A stretch of 63,979 nt of DNA, the filler included, from Thermoplasmatota archaeon (lineage in GTDB: Archaea > Thermoplasmatota > E2 > JACPAO01 > JAHFTW01): NCBI GenBank assembly GCA_041623215.1. It is 12 parts of 12 records of this genome, joined end to end, with 100 filler letters (N's around TTAATTAATTAA, not from the genome) between each part and the next. Parts side by side here need not be neighbours in the genome. Positions count along the whole stretch, not along the records: positions 1 to 5,458 come from JBFJXH010000122.1; positions 5,559 to 10,960 come from JBFJXH010000123.1; positions 11,061 to 16,455 come from JBFJXH010000124.1; 9 more parts are not named here. One strand, given 5' to 3'. The position numbers and the translations under genes were made by a program. This document shows, piece by piece, positions 1 through 11,278 of this stretch (within the stretch, counting starts at the first letter, position 1; every line of letters begins with the position of its first letter). A model generated the notes under the pieces. That model was given only the letters and a program-made list of their open reading frames with translations, searched no databases and was not told the origin of the DNA.

Positions 1-2
1 GC

Positions 3-875
3 TATGCGTTTCATCATCTCAAGGTCTTGGTCGCCGACGATGTGGTTGCGGTCCAATCGGAAAACTGGGTGCAACGCGGTGTGCCGCCGGCTGGCAGGGC
101 AGGTAATCGCGGCTGGGGCTTGGCCGTCCATGACAGTGCTATGGCCGACTGGTTTGCGGGTTGGATGGCGGACGACCGCGTCGCGTGGGACATCGAAGCG
201 CCCGAGGGCTCCAGCCCTGCACCTAGGCCCGTCCAGGCGCAAGCGGCGAGTGATTATCGGAGCCAACCGGGCACTTGGTTGACGGGGGACTTTCACGTGA
301 CGCCGGTCATTTGCCCGGAGCATTGCTTCGACGGCGCGTACCTGGAGCCCCTTCGCGCGGCGCAGTCGCGAGCATGGAGTCAGCAGATGGACACAGAGGT
401 CGTAGCGTCCAACCGCCTGGGCTGGAGCGGCCCCGACGTGCTCCTGGATGCCTTCCGGCAAGCGGTCCGGGGTGGCGCAGAGGTGCGGGTTCAGGTCAGT
501 GCTTATGGCGAAGAGGCAGTGAACGAACTTGTCGCTGCGGGCGTAAATGTCCAGCTTTGGAATCATCCATTTCTTGGCACCTTGCACAACAAGGGCATCA
601 TTGCCGATGACGCTGTCTTGGTGGGCAGCATGAATGGCAACCAACACAGCCGCAGCGCCAATCGCGAAGTTGCGCTGTGGGTGAGCGGGCCTGGCGCCGC
701 CGACCACCATGCCCGACTCTTTGCCAGCGATTGGCATCAAGGTCGTGATTGGACTATTGTGGCGGATGACCTGGGGGCCTTGGCTCCGGCCGCGCCCTTG
801 GCAGCCTTGGCGGGAGTCCTCCTGGCTCTGGCTGGAACATCCAGGCGCCGAGCGGCGGAATGCACTAGCAGTTAG
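3..875 (+). CDS. Phospholipase D-family protein (two HKD motifs) with C-terminal membrane anchor; 5' partial
   Basis: Frame open from position 3 reads HHLKVLVADD..QSENW and later LHNKGIIADD..VGSMN (two HxKxxxxD motifs); ends APAAP-hydrophobic-RRR. Confidence 0.85.
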   Translation, partial: YAFHHLKVLVADDVVAVQSENWVQRGVPPAGRAGNRGWGLAVHDSAMADWFAGWMADDRVAWDIEAPEGSSPAPRPVQAQAASDYRSQPGTWLTGDFHVTPVICPEHCFDGAYLEPLRAAQSRAWSQQMDTEVVASNRLGWSGPDVLLDAFRQAVRGGAEVRVQVSAYGEEAVNELVAAGVNVQLWNHPFLGTLHNKGIIADDAVLVGSMNGNQHSRSANREVALWVSGPGAADHHARLFASDWHQGRDWTIVADDLGALAPAAPLAALAGVLLALAGTSRRRAAECTSS

Positions 876-3654
876 TGGGTGTGCCGGCGCTCGTGAAGGT
901 GGTGCACTCGCCGCTTGCTTCGGCAGCCGTCGTCCAGAAATGTAGCGCTTTGTCCTGGAAGTCGACGTACATGGTCAATTGATCGTCCAGGTGTTCAGGG
1001 TGAAGTGGCGTGTCCGCAGGCCAACCGTAACCTTCGCCGATGATTTGCATCATTTCAAGGGTATTCATGTGGCCACTGGTGCCAGGGGGGAGCACATTGC
1101 GGCTGGCGGCGTCGGGGTCTACGTCCATGAGGCCCCAGTCGTAGAATGTTTGGAAGCTAGGGCGGTTGGTCATGGGGATTTCGTACGCGGGGGCCGCGCC
1201 GAGAGCGGCAAATTGGCTGATGCGGTTGGGCATCTGTTGCCATTCTGCATCGGGGTCGGCGAGCACAGCCTGCATGGCCGCCAGCGCCAAGTCCTGGCAA
1301 GTTTCCACGCTGCCGGTGCCTTGGTCATCGCACCAAGCATGACCGCTCTTGTTGCGCATGGCATCAAAGAGCACGCTGTGCTTGTTGCCCTCCGTTCCAT
1401 GGTCTGCGGCGTGCGGGTCGTTGCCCGTCGGGGGGTGCCATGTGAAGGTCCGCGTCGCTGCGGCCAGCTCATCACGGAACACCAGTTCCTGTAATTCATC
1501 TCGCCACAATTCAAACAACGCCATTCCATCTGGCATGGTCGTGGCGAAGTCGCCTGTGCCGTCGTTGTCGAAGTCGAAGATGACCTCGCCATTGTTGTCG
1601 ACCCCGTAGCCGCCGTAGAAGTAGCCCGTTGCGTGCCATTGGTCCACTGCCGCTACAGCGATGGCGTCGCCGGCTGCAATGGCGGCGCCGCGCATGAGGC
1701 TGTAGAACTCATCCCCGTACGGGTCGCTGACGCTGGCCCAGAAATGAACGTCTCTAAGGTCCGCCATCGTGAGGGCGTTGCCCGTGGCGCTCATCCTGGC
1801 CGTGAGCAATTCGTCCATCAACTCGGCTCGTTGCATGCTACCCCACTTCTCCATGTTGTCGCCGGTGTGGAAGCCCTGGGACGGGTTGTTGTTCCAGTTG
1901 ACCGTGTACCCCTTGGTGCTATTGATCATGTTGGGAAGCTCGCTGCCCATCAGCAAGTCAGCCGGGTCTTGGTGGTCCCATGCCAAGCCGGGCACCCAGC
2001 CCGGTGTTGGCAACCGGCCATCCAAGGCCAGGTGCCGCAGCGGCTGCGCGCCCACGTGCAGGTAGCCTGTGGCGCCTTCTTCGCCGTCCTCGGCGATGTT
2101 GAAGTTGAAGCTGAACTTGAACGACTCCAGTAGGTGTTGCATGTCTGCGATGTCGCGGGTGCGTCCGGCTTGCAGCCACAGAATGCCGCTTCGCGCCTCG
2201 TCGCCGCGGAAGCTTCGGTGGCTGGCAAACGCGTAATCGTCCTCGCCATCGCCATTTGCGTCGGCGCGCTTCAGAACCGGTCCGTGCACGGTGCGGCAGA
2301 CGCGTTGTTCCACGACGTCTACGTCAGGCGGCGTCGGGTTGGTGCTGCCAAGGCCCAAGAAATCAACCGGGCCGGGACGAACGTAGTGCGTTTCGTCGCG
2401 ACAATCCATCTGGGCGATGGTGCCGTTGGCGAAGTCCGTGTAGTATTGTTCAGGCTCACCCGGAACCAGTTTTTCGACCACCATATCCACTTGGTCACTG
2501 CTGCCACTGGTCACCGTCCACGCATGGGTTGGGCCGCGCCCGATAATGACGCCGGGGGCTCCAGCAACGCCCATGCCTGCCGCTTCGAACCCGGCGCCGT
2601 GCAAGGCTAACTCGTACGGAATCATGGGGGCATAGTAGGCCATTTGCGGCCCGCCGTACAGCAGGTTCTCCCCGTTAGCCGAGAATGCTTTGTCAATGAC
2701 CTGGGCGTTGCTGCCAAACTTGAACGAAGCGCCAAGCGCAGCAAGCGTATCTTGGATGCCCCGTGCGTCGTCCACGTTGCTTGCGTTGCGGCTGGCCCAA
2801 ACCGCTTCCTGCTGCGACGGCAGCAAGACGGACAGGTCGCTTAGGTCGTCGTAGAAGTTGATGACGCCGGCGTGTTCCCAGCGCTTGGCACCCTCGGCCT
2901 TTGGCTCGCCCTTGCCACCACCTTGGCCGCCGGCTTCGTTGATGTCTGCCTGGGCGATTGTCGTGTACGTCTCCTCGTTCTGAACACCTGGAACAAAATC
3001 CGTGAATGCCGCAGCGCCCGCCGATGGGCCGAGTGTGTCTTGCAGATGCAGTAAGAGGCGAGCGCGGGCATCCTCGTTGCCGCCCGAGCCCCGACCAAAG
3101 ATGTCGAGCAAGTATTCGGCGATGGCAACGGTGTCACTGATGAGCCAGTCGCGGGGGGTGGTGCCAAAGGCCACGTATTCGCCAGGCAGAATGCTGGGGT
3201 CTTGGCGCGTTTCCTCGATGAATTGATTGACGCCGTCAGCGAACGCGTCGAAGGCGTTGTACCAAAGCGTCCCATCGATGCCGTGCGACGCCTCGGTCAT
3301 GTTGTCACGGATGTGGGCGATGGTTGCTTGGCGCTCTTCTTCGGTGTAAAGTTCCCGCCGCGTCACCAAATCCATTTCCAGCGACCCTTGGCCACCCGTC
3401 AAGCTCGCCAACTCGCCCTTGCCAACGTGGCGAAGAATCTCCATCTGGACGAGGCGGTCTTGCGCCTGCGCATACCCGTTGGCATAGAACAGACCATAGA
3501 CATCGCCAGCGTAGATGTGGGGGACGCCGTAGGCGTCGCGCATGATGGTGGCGTTGACAGCAGGCCCCGCAGGCTCGTTGCCCACTGGCAAGAAGGCTAC
3601 GCCAACGGGAATCATCAACAGTCCGGCTACGGCTAGGGGAATCAAACGGTTCAT
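865..3654 (-). CDS. Secreted penicillin/AHL acylase family Ntn-hydrolase (peptidase S45)
   Basis: Signal peptide, RDAYGVPHIYA, GYAQAQDRL, beta-chain start GSNAQV, NWNN; GGAGG upstream; alternative GTG start at 3660. Confidence 0.9.
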   Translation of the reverse strand: MNRLIPLAVAGLLMIPVGVAFLPVGNEPAGPAVNATIMRDAYGVPHIYAGDVYGLFYANGYAQAQDRLVQMEILRHVGKGELASLTGGQGSLEMDLVTRRELYTEEERQATIAHIRDNMTEASHGIDGTLWYNAFDAFADGVNQFIEETRQDPSILPGEYVAFGTTPRDWLISDTVAIAEYLLDIFGRGSGGNEDARARLLLHLQDTLGPSAGAAAFTDFVPGVQNEETYTTIAQADINEAGGQGGGKGEPKAEGAKRWEHAGVINFYDDLSDLSVLLPSQQEAVWASRNASNVDDARGIQDTLAALGASFKFGSNAQVIDKAFSANGENLLYGGPQMAYYAPMIPYELALHGAGFEAAGMGVAGAPGVIIGRGPTHAWTVTSGSSDQVDMVVEKLVPGEPEQYYTDFANGTIAQMDCRDETHYVRPGPVDFLGLGSTNPTPPDVDVVEQRVCRTVHGPVLKRADANGDGEDDYAFASHRSFRGDEARSGILWLQAGRTRDIADMQHLLESFKFSFNFNIAEDGEEGATGYLHVGAQPLRHLALDGRLPTPGWVPGLAWDHQDPADLLMGSELPNMINSTKGYTVNWNNNPSQGFHTGDNMEKWGSMQRAELMDELLTARMSATGNALTMADLRDVHFWASVSDPYGDEFYSLMRGAAIAAGDAIAVAAVDQWHATGYFYGGYGVDNNGEVIFDFDNDGTGDFATTMPDGMALFELWRDELQELVFRDELAAATRTFTWHPPTGNDPHAADHGTEGNKHSVLFDAMRNKSGHAWCDDQGTGSVETCQDLALAAMQAVLADPDAEWQQMPNRISQFAALGAAPAYEIPMTNRPSFQTFYDWGLMDVDPDAASRNVLPPGTSGHMNTLEMMQIIGEGYGWPADTPLHPEHLDDQLTMYVDFQDKALHFWTTAAEASGECTTFTSAGTPTNC

Positions 3655-3844
3655 GACCACTACCGACCCTCCATGCCACGGCCATCATTTAGTCTCGAAC
3701 CGTGCACATGCCGCCGAACCGGAGACGCCGTCGGCCCACCGCGGCCCCCTAGTTCCCTGCTTTGGCCCCCGCGCCCAAGCGGCCTATTATGGTCCCAAAG
3801 GGCCCGCACCTTCACCAACCCTTTTCCTTCTAGCAGGCTGACCA

Positions 3845-4957
3845 ATGGTTGTGGAACTCGTCAGCCTCGTTGCGCTCAGCATCATCCTTGCGGCGTTAGC
3901 CGTAGGATGGTCCCGGCGCTTCCTGGCCGTTGGCGCTCTCGCGGTGGCCAACATTGTCGTGTTCTTGCTGACCATTCTAGGGCCCCGAATTCAGGTCATG
4001 ACAAGCTCAGGCCCAGCGCTTCGCAGTGCCATCCACCACGAGTTAGGGCTGCATGGTGATCAGCTTGTGGCCTACGAACCCATTGCCTTCCTGAACGTGC
4101 TAACCAGCATGTTCGTTCACGCCGATATCTGGCACATCTTCGGCAACCTGCTGACCCTGCTGGCCTTTGCGTTGCCCTTCGAGGAGCGTATTGGCCCCCG
4201 TCGCTTCTTGCTACTGTACCTAGCAAGTGGCGTAGTTGGTGCCGTCGTGCAGGTGTGGTTTACGGGCGGAGCGCCCATTCTCATGATGGGCGCAAGCGCC
4301 GCCGTATTCGGCATCTTGGGAGCCTTCGCGGCGCGCTTCCCGCACCAAGTCATCAGCGTGCCTTTGCCGCTACCCATCATCATTTTCCTGCGCATGCGCG
4401 TCATCGTAGCGGCCCTCATCTTTGCAGCGATTCAAGTCGTGTACCTCGTGTTGCCCGCCAACCCGTTCGACAACACCGCCTACCAGGCCCACCTGGGTGG
4501 GCTGGCGGCGGGAATCCTGCTGGTGTTTGTGGTTGTGGGGCGCCAATTTGGCACCAGTCATGAGGCGGGCAACGGGAGCGTGATGGCAGGGGCCCGGCGA
4601 CTCGGCGCAAGTCGGACACAGGAGGCAGGGGGCGGCCGAGGCCGCAGGTCCAAGCATGTCCACATTGACATCCATGCGCTGATGCCGTTTGCCCAGGATA
4701 GTGGCACAAAGCGCGCCTTGGACAATCTCAAGGACAACCAAGACGAACCGGACCTTTGGCACGCCTGGCTTGACCGGTTCTTCCAAACGGCCAAGTGCCC
4801 CGATTGCGACTCGCAAGTCCAGCCAGAACCGGGCGGCTTCATTGCTTGCAGCTTGGGGCACCGCTACGATGTGCGCGAGGGTCAACCCGACCGCGAAGCG
4901 GGCCGGGGCAAGCGTGGCGGCAATGGTGGCAACGGCGCGCCGCACCTGCAGGCTTAG
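3845..4957 (+). CDS. Rhomboid intramembrane serine protease with C-terminal Zn-ribbon-like domain
   Basis: SMFVHADIWHIFGN, GASAA (catalytic Ser), AHLGG (catalytic His); tail CPDC...CSLGH. Confidence 0.9.
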   Translation: MVVELVSLVALSIILAALAVGWSRRFLAVGALAVANIVVFLLTILGPRIQVMTSSGPALRSAIHHELGLHGDQLVAYEPIAFLNVLTSMFVHADIWHIFGNLLTLLAFALPFEERIGPRRFLLLYLASGVVGAVVQVWFTGGAPILMMGASAAVFGILGAFAARFPHQVISVPLPLPIIIFLRMRVIVAALIFAAIQVVYLVLPANPFDNTAYQAHLGGLAAGILLVFVVVGRQFGTSHEAGNGSVMAGARRLGASRTQEAGGGRGRRSKHVHIDIHALMPFAQDSGTKRALDNLKDNQDEPDLWHAWLDRFFQTAKCPDCDSQVQPEPGGFIACSLGHRYDVREGQPDREAGRGKRGGNGGNGAPHLQA

Positions 4958-4996
4958 CAAACTCGGCGCGCGCCGCCAAGGAAGACTGTGCCGAGC

Positions 4997-5458
4997 CTAG
5001 ACGGTGCTACTGCGGTCATAGATGGACACAAGTGTCACGTTGCCCGTGCTGCCGCCGGCAGGGTCGGCAGCCCCACCCGTGCGGCGAACAATCCAATCGC
5101 CAGCCGCGTAGGGCACTTCCACCAGCGCCTCCAACGGCCCGTCGTTACTGGTCAAGGTGGCTTGGTACATGGTGGTGCCATTGGGCGCGAGCACCTGCAG
5201 ATCAGCAGCGCCCGGCGTCGTGACGCTAAACGCGACGGCAATGCCGATGGTGTCGTACGGGCCATCGCGGCCGTCGGCCCGGTTTACCGTATGTTCCTCG
5301 AAGGGCGGGCCGGCCACGGGCGTGAGGGCAAGGCTCACCATCTCGTCTTTTTGGCCGCGAAGGAAGAATGCCTCTCCCGTGTATCCAGTATCCAGGGCGG
5401 TCAGGTCCATGTTGACGGTGCCGCCGTCGGCTCGCTGCAAGTCAATGCGCGTGAACCA
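4997..5458 (-). CDS. Hypothetical protein, C-terminal part (5' partial)
   Basis: Open frame to contig end; beta-rich, extracellular-like composition. Confidence 0.5.
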   Translation of the reverse strand, partial: WFTRIDLQRADGGTVNMDLTALDTGYTGEAFFLRGQKDEMVSLALTPVAGPPFEEHTVNRADGRDGPYDTIGIAVAFSVTTPGAADLQVLAPNGTTMYQATLTSNDGPLEALVEVPYAAGDWIVRRTGGAADPAGGSTGNVTLVSIYDRSSTV

Positions 5459-5558
5459 NNNNNNNNNNNNNNNNNNNNNNNNNNNNNNNNNNNNNNNNNN
5501 NNTTAATTAATTAANNNNNNNNNNNNNNNNNNNNNNNNNNNNNNNNNNNNNNNNNNNN
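5459..5558. other. Artificial contig linker (also at 10961-11060, 16456-16555, 21916-22015, 27272-27371, 32625-32724, 37966-38065, 43294-43393, 48613-48712, 53926-54025, 59227-59326)
   Basis: Identical 100-nt N-TTAATTAATTAA-N blocks with stops in all frames; internal contigs fall in length from 5402 to 5201 nt. Confidence 0.98.
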
Positions 5559-8500
5559 AGACGGTAGTCGCATCCTGGGCGTAGCGACCTTGGTGTTCAG
5601 GCGGCGCTTGGCCCGTGTCTGCAAGCCCGTCTGCGGGCGTGCCACCAGACGCTTCGGCAGGCCGTTCGCCAACGTGCATGGTGGTGAAATCCTTGGGTAT
5701 GAACGTGTTGGGGCCATGCAAATCAGGGGCGTTCTGCAGCGATTCGAAGCGCGCTGCCCGACCTTCGTCGCCAGCCACAGTCTCGTCGATGATGTGGAGC
5801 CATCGGGCTTCCGACACGCTGGTTCGAATGGCGTTGCTGGAATCCCGACCTTCCACGGTCGCCAGGACCTTGTAGATGCCTGCTGGCATCTGGCGGGCTC
5901 CGGGGTCAAAGGAGAAGTGTGCGACACTCGTGCCATCGCGAGCCACGAGGGGCGTCACGTGACCGAGTGGCAACGGCTGCACCGGCTGATTAGTGCCTGG
6001 GTAACAGGCAGTCACTTGCTGGCCACCATTGGCTCGGCACGAAATGGGCCGGGCCGCCGTCACCTCCAGCGCTACTACGGCACGCTGTGCTTGGGTGCCA
6101 CGGTTTTCCACCTCAATGGCCACATTGACCTCCCCCACCCCTTCCTGGTCCTGTAGGGCCGGCGATACACGGAACGACTTGACACGTACATCGACGACTT
6201 CCTTGCCGATGGCAAGGGCAGATGCTTGGTCATTGAACGTCCAGCCTTCGTCCTGCTGGGACAACACGGCCGTGAACAGGTAGCGTGCTTCGTCGTCTCG
6301 ACCTTGGCCGGCCGGGTTGGGGAAGAAGCCACTGTAGAACGGGTCCTGTCCGACAGCGTCGCCCACGCGAAGGATGGCTTGCTCGCCGCCAGCTAGGGCC
6401 GGCACATGGAGGACGCGGGGCGGTTCATCCTTAATTGGACAGCGACCGCCGCAAGCCGTTACTTGTTCAACATCAACTGTTAGCGAGGCAGCATCCGCCT
6501 GTTGCAAACCACGGTTGGTCACCTCGATTACCGTATCAACTTGGGCGCCGGGCGCGTAGGTTTCCAAGTGGCGTGGCGTAACCAGTCGAATGCCAAGGTC
6601 TTGCGCCGCGGGCGAGCCCAGCAGTTGCAATTTGGTGATGGAGACGGCATCGTGGCCCTGCTGCTCCGAGTCGGCAACGACGCGCACCCTAACCTGGAAT
6701 GGCGCACCGTTGAACAGAATCTCACCGGATTCAAGATTGGACATGGAGCCCCCAATGGGCACACTTACGGCGGCAGGCGCCGGCGACCACGTGACCGGCT
6801 GCGCGGGCAGCTGCGGTTCAACGGCCGCCAATGCGTCGTCGATGGTGTCAAGCCACATGGCGACGGTGTCGGCATCGGCATCGGGCGCGGTAACGAGCGT
6901 CACGCCGCGGTTGGCCGAGACCACCAGGGAAGCCGGTTCAATGGTCGGAAGGCCGCCACCAACCACAACAGAACGGGCAACAAAGTGGGCCCCACCTTTT
7001 TGCACAATCTCCTGCAAGGCCAGAGATTGAGCGACGGAGGGTTTCCACAGTTTGTAGTTGTTCAGATTGTCGCGGTTGACAATGAGGCTGTCGCCTTCTT
7101 GTTTCCAGCAAGGTTCCTTGGGTTGCGTGGCTACATTGGAATTTGTGAGCACGCTCTTCTCCTTGCCGTTGTTGTCAATTTCCAACATGTCGGTGCAGGC
7201 GTAATCGGGACCCACGAGGGACGGAGTCTTGGGCGATTGCCACATGGTGACCGATTCGCCTTGAGCAATGCCGCTGCGGGCAACGGTTCCCGTCGCCGGA
7301 CCGATTGCCGCCACAACGGAGACCCCGCTGCTGGAAGCGGCGCGCAGAATTGCCTCAACCTGCCGGTGATGTTCAACGATGACCGGATCGGGGTCATAGT
7401 ACACCGCACTGTGCTTGACGCGGCTATTCATGCCGGAAACGCTGCTTTCCCATTGGTCCTGGGTCGGCTCATGGGCCGCATTGAGAAGTAGGCTTGATTC
7501 GCGAGCGAAGGTGCTCGTCACGTTGTCACCAAACAGCAGCAGCGCCCCGTACGTGTCAAGGCGTTCGCCCAGCATTTGCACCGACCGAATCGGCAGCGAG
7601 TAGCTGGAGAGCTCGGTAGTGAAATCCAGGCGCCGCAAGCCATCCACATCCGTGCCGACCTGCAGGTCGTCGTTGATGGTCGAGTAGAGACCAACGTTTT
7701 CGGCGCCATAGCGGTCTGCCAGGGCACCTAGCGTCTCATCAAGGGCCTCGCGCCAATGGTCGTCACCGGCGTCTTCGAAGTACGGGAAGGCGGTCCATGC
7801 GCACAGGTTGCCATCGGCGGTCTGGCACTCCACCGGTTTCCACAGGCCAGCCTGCAATTCATAGAACGGCGGCATGGGGTGGTCGGCGATGCCATAGGTC
7901 AGGAAGTCAGGCGCCTTGTTGCTTTCCACGCGGGGGAAGTCGGGTGCTAAGATGACGGCTACGCGTTCGCGCCGCTGATCGCCGGCCCCCTCCCATTCCG
8001 TCCATTCCCCGCCGATGAGTTGGCGGGTTTCAACGATGACGTCTCCGCGCGGGCCGGTCCGATTGTATTCCAGCGATAGAATGCCCCGCGAGTCGGGGGC
8101 AATCACATGGGCCGGAAGGACAGGCGATTCCAGAATTTGCTCCACGTCGTCTACGCCTGTGTAGCTAGGCACGTGCCAGGCGGGGCCCGTTGTTGGCGTG
8201 CCACCCACCGTGCGGGCGGGGTCGGTCAGCTCCCATCCCACGTTGGAGGGCGTCTCCTCACCTTCAAACATGGCCGTAACGCGCCAGGAGTCATGGGGAT
8301 TGGCGGCCGGGTCAATCAAATGCGGGGCTTGGCTGGTGGTATTGCGCGCCGAGAAATCCGTTCCGTAGAGGAGGTTCTCAACCTGGAATGGCACCGTAAT
8401 GTCCCCGTGTTCGACTGTGATCAGGGCCGCCAAATCGTGGTCCGCAATGGGTAGCGACGAGCGTGGGGAGTCGAGGCTGGCCAGCACGGCGTAGGCACCG

Positions 8501-10960
8501 CCAACGGCCAGCTTGTCGGCCAAGAAGTCGGAGTCGAGTGTCCAGCCCAGCGACTGAGTCGCGCCATGCGACGGCACTTCCAACTCGGACCATGACCGCG
8601 TGACGGGGGGGTCGTAGGAAGCGTATTGTTCAGGGCCCAGCACCTGCACGAGTTCCGCGTGAACCGCGAGGTTGTCCTCTGGCAAGTTGCCGTCGTTGGT
8701 GACAACCAAGGTCACCCGTCGGTCTCCCTCCACCGGGCCCACGAAAGGCGCCACGAGCGAAGTGGCGGCATCTAGCCGGACGTTGCGGTACGGGACCGAG
8801 GACGCCTTGAGCTCCAGGACATTGTTTTCCGGCTTGGTATCCACGGCCGCGAGGGTGTTAATGAGGGCCGTAATGACGAAGTCCCCACTGCTAACGCGGC
8901 TGGCATCCATCTTGAAGCGGACCGTCGTAGGGGGGTCGCCAGGTAGCAATTCGACGCGGGCGGACGAACGAGGGGTCAGGCGCTCGCCGTCTTCCGTTGC
9001 CTCGATGGCGCGGACACTTGGGCGTGCAGCGCCCGTTGTAGCCGGCGCCACATCGAGGGCCACCTCGGCCTTGAATGGCAAAGTGCCCGCGTTGACAACG
9101 TCGACTTCCACGTCAACGGTCCCGGCCGCGAACACCGCGGCCGCTTCGCCGGGTTGGAAGTCAGCGACGTTGAGGAGAATCGATGCTAGATCATCGGGGA
9201 CAACACGAACGTCTTGCACCGCCGCTTCAATGGCGTGCTTCGCTTCGGTAATGACCATGCTGTGAATGGTCCAATCGATGAGCCGCTTGCAGTCGTGCGC
9301 TGCCAAAGGCGCGCCCGCGGGTTGTTGAGGCCACGCGGCAAGGCGCAGGCGAATTTCGTCGCCTGCCAGGCTCGACAAGTCAAATTCGTTCTGCCAGTGG
9401 TCTAAGTGCACGTGGTGACGGAATTTGCCCTGGGACGACGGTTGAGCCGGTTCGCGTTTGGCCGCCTCCGGCACAACAACTGTATCGAATGGGAAGCCGG
9501 GCAGTTCGCCATTTGGCTGACGAAGGTCCGTGCTGCGAACATCGTAGCCCACGGTTACCGGGTCACGATGCTGGCGAATCCACGTCAAGGGCCATTCGCC
9601 ATTTTCGAGGCGGACTTGGTATTCGAGCCCCACCACAGCTCGCTGGGTGACCGGCTGGTCATCCGGTTGAGCACCACCGTAGTAGCCAAGCTTGCCGCTG
9701 TGCGCAAGCGTGAGAATGGGGCGGCTAGCGGATGACAGGTCAATTGGGTCGGTGACAATCATGGCCGCGTCAGCGTAGGCATCGGAGCGGCGCGGTGAAT
9801 TGTCAAGGCAGGTCCGCAAGCGGAACTCGGGAATCCTTGGTTCGGGGTTGTCCGCCGTGGGAAGGTTTTCCCACGGCTTGAAGTCCTGGGTGAGGACCTC
9901 TGGCTCAACACTGCCACCCTGCAGAATCGCATCGGTAAAGCCAGGCTGTGCCTCGTAAAGCGCAGCCGGCCCGGTCGGCGTCAGAGCGACGAGGCGGACC
10001 TCTTCGACCATCCATCCGTACGGAGTCCGCGAAGTGTCGTGGCCGGCGCGCACATCCGATCCATCGGCGTGCGCGTAGCTGCCGGGGGCATGATGAAGTA
10101 GGAACCGGACCTTGATGTCACGGCCGACGTAGTCATCCAGTGGGACGGAAACGGGCGTCGTGGCTTTACCGGGGCTCGTGCCGTGGTACACAACGAGATC
10201 GGTCCAGGATCGTGCCTCGTCCGGCGGGGAAACGCTCACGCCCGCGGTCGGCTCGTCCACAACGGCGACTTGGACGCGGGCAATCGCATGGCCACCCGTG
10301 TCAACCCAGTGGCGGAATTCTAGGCGCGGCGCAGCACCGGCTACAGTGATGTCGCCGGGAACCTGTAGGATTGCGTCGGTGGCCACGCGGCCAATAGGAG
10401 CGTCAAGACGCGCCGGGCCAGGAAGCACATTGTTGCCTGCTACGTCGTCCTGTTTGGCGTAGGTGCGCAGGCTTCCATCCTGAATGTAAGCACCGAATTG
10501 GCCGCTTCGCGCCTGGGGCACACTTACGTCGGGCACAAAGCCGTCGTCGCCGTTGAGCCATGCCAATTGCGTCGTACCGGTCGCTAGCACGCGCGGCCAA
10601 TCGGGGCCGACGCCCACGTCGAAGGTGGTCCAAAGACGGGGCACGCCGTCTACGTCGATGCGCCCTTCGTCAAGCACAAAGCGACCATCGGGGGCCGCCT
10701 CGACCAGTAGCCGGTACCACCCGGAGGCTTGGCCGGCCAGGACTTTTTGCGTGACGGCAGTCTTGACAGTTTTCTCTGTAAGCACCAAGGGATTACCGAC
10801 GGTTGTCCAGCCTGCGTCGGCGTGTTCCGGCGGGTCGCCCTCCACGTTGTCCGTGGCCCAGTGTTGCAACGAGACATTGAATGGGCCACCCAGGTACGTC
10901 ACCGAGGCCAGGAAGTCCTTCACTTCGGCATCCCCGTTTTCGTCTCGGAACGCCAAGGCC
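5559..10960 (-). CDS. Fragment of a giant (>1800 aa) cell-surface protein with CARDB/Ig-like and jelly-roll modules and an embedded DJ-1/PfpI-like domain; partial at both ends
   Basis: One open frame across the contig; CARDB-like VxNxG and DTKPENN motifs; DJ-1-like segments RVAVILAPDF, YGALLLFG, VVAAIGPA, GAHFV, LVTA. Confidence 0.75.
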
Positions 10961-11060
10961 NNNNNNNNNNNNNNNNNNNNNNNNNNNNNNNNNNNNNNNN
11001 NNNNTTAATTAATTAANNNNNNNNNNNNNNNNNNNNNNNNNNNNNNNNNNNNNNNNNNNN

Positions 11061-11278
11061 CGTCCGCCTCTGCCGCCACGGTCGTCTCGGTCGCCCCAGG
11101 TTCCGCCGCGTCCGCCTCGGCCTCCGCGTCCGCCTCTGCCGCCACGGTCGTCTCGGTCGCCCCAGGTTCCGCCGCGTCCGCCTCGGCCTCCGCGTCCGCC
11201 TCTGCCGCCACGGTCGTCTCGGTCGCCCCAGGTTCCGCCGCGTCCTCCTCGGCCTCCGCGTCCGCCTCGGTCGCCCCA
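11061..11278 (-). repeat. 66-nt coding tandem repeat (about 3 copies; GGRGGRGGRGGRGGTWGDRDDR)
   Basis: Unit cgtccgcctctgccgccacggtcgtctcggtcgccccaggttccgccgcgtccgcctcggcctccg recurs with period 66; the contig breaks inside the array. Confidence 0.95.

Noticed and set aside
5459..5558. Recurrent TTAATTAATTAA within N runs as a biological repeat
   Set aside because: Artificial linker. Contigs are ordered by size, so adjacency across linkers, including contig 9 to contig 10, carries no information.
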